Below, piece by piece: positions 63,867 to 64,000 of a stretch of DNA of 64,000 nucleotides. The notes beneath the pieces were generated by a model, which searched no databases, was not told the DNA's origin, and worked only from the letters and a program-made list of their open reading frames with translations. The translations under genes were made by a program, and so were the position numbers. The DNA is from a virus: IMG/VR virus record IMGVR_UViG_3300045988_174170. The stretch is one strand, 5' to 3'. How positions within the stretch are numbered: the stretch's first letter is position 1; every line of letters starts with the position of its first letter.

Positions 63867-64000
63867 CGTAACACATTCCTTTCGAGTGTGTTCACCCACC
63901 TCGCCTGCGAGAGACGGGAGAGGTGACTAATCTAAACGGACATTCACGTGTCAAGGCCAGGGTCAGCTTCGGCTGGCTTGAGGGTCACCGTCTAACAAAA

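Noticed and set aside
1-64000. Genome-wide TGA reassignment (code 4 or 25) as the explanation for TGA rarity and the in-frame TGA at 1952
   Set aside because: All cassette genes are intact under the standard code from SD to terminator with no internal TGA. The three TGA-terminated genes stop at sensible positions just before a cassette or an RBS. The cause is most likely stop-codon bias, and the single in-frame TGA is reported separately.
1-64000. CRISPR array, rRNA, transposase or IS elements
   Set aside because: No short direct repeats with unique spacers, no rRNA-like conserved stretches, and no DDE-transposase-like ORFs were seen. The regular repeats present are promoter cassettes and iteron-like motifs.

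Overview
This 64-kb window has the look of an accessory or early region of a large phage or phage-plasmid-like element. GC content is about 50%. Most of the window is tightly packed small + strand genes, and each sits in its own transcription unit of promoter, leader, gene and hairpin terminator. No CRISPR array, rRNA or obvious transposase is present.

- **Left arm (1 to ~7.4 kb).** This arm carries a ParA/MinD-type ATPase that is partial at the 5' end, a PilT/GspE/VirB11-family ATPase, and a replication-relaxation-like protein with a long glycine-rich N-terminus. A minus-strand operon encodes a tentative PspA/IM30-like coiled-coil protein followed by two paralogous small membrane proteins. 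One of those paralogs carries an in-frame TGA.
- **Switch region (13.45 to 14.6 kb).** A roughly 1.2-kb non-coding, low-complexity block runs from CA-rich through GA-rich to GT-rich sequence and carries regularly spaced direct repeats. The + strand is extremely A+C-rich to its left and extremely G+T-rich to its right, and synonymous codon positions show the same bias. I read this as a candidate bidirectional origin or strand-asymmetry switch point.
- **Early-type region (14.6 to 19.6 kb).** This is a GT-rich stretch of small membrane proteins driven by extended -10 promoters.
- **Cassette array (19.6 kb to the end).** About 65 genes are driven by at least 23 copies of a conserved ~130-bp promoter-leader cassette. 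The cassette has a CRP-like TGTGA-N6-TCACA palindrome, a TTGCAT -35, a 17-bp spacer, an extended TGnCATAAT -10, a hairpin whose stem covaries between copies, and a conserved CU-rich leader ending in a GAAAGG ribosome-binding site. The genes fall into at least 10 paralog families. One is a clear flotillin of the SPFH/FloT type, and one is a four-member family of cysteine-motif lipoprotein-like, membrane-anchored proteins.
- **Right edge.** A tRNA-Glu(UUC) sits behind a consensus sigma70 promoter.

Most products are hypothetical. Host and database identity cannot be established from the sequence alone.
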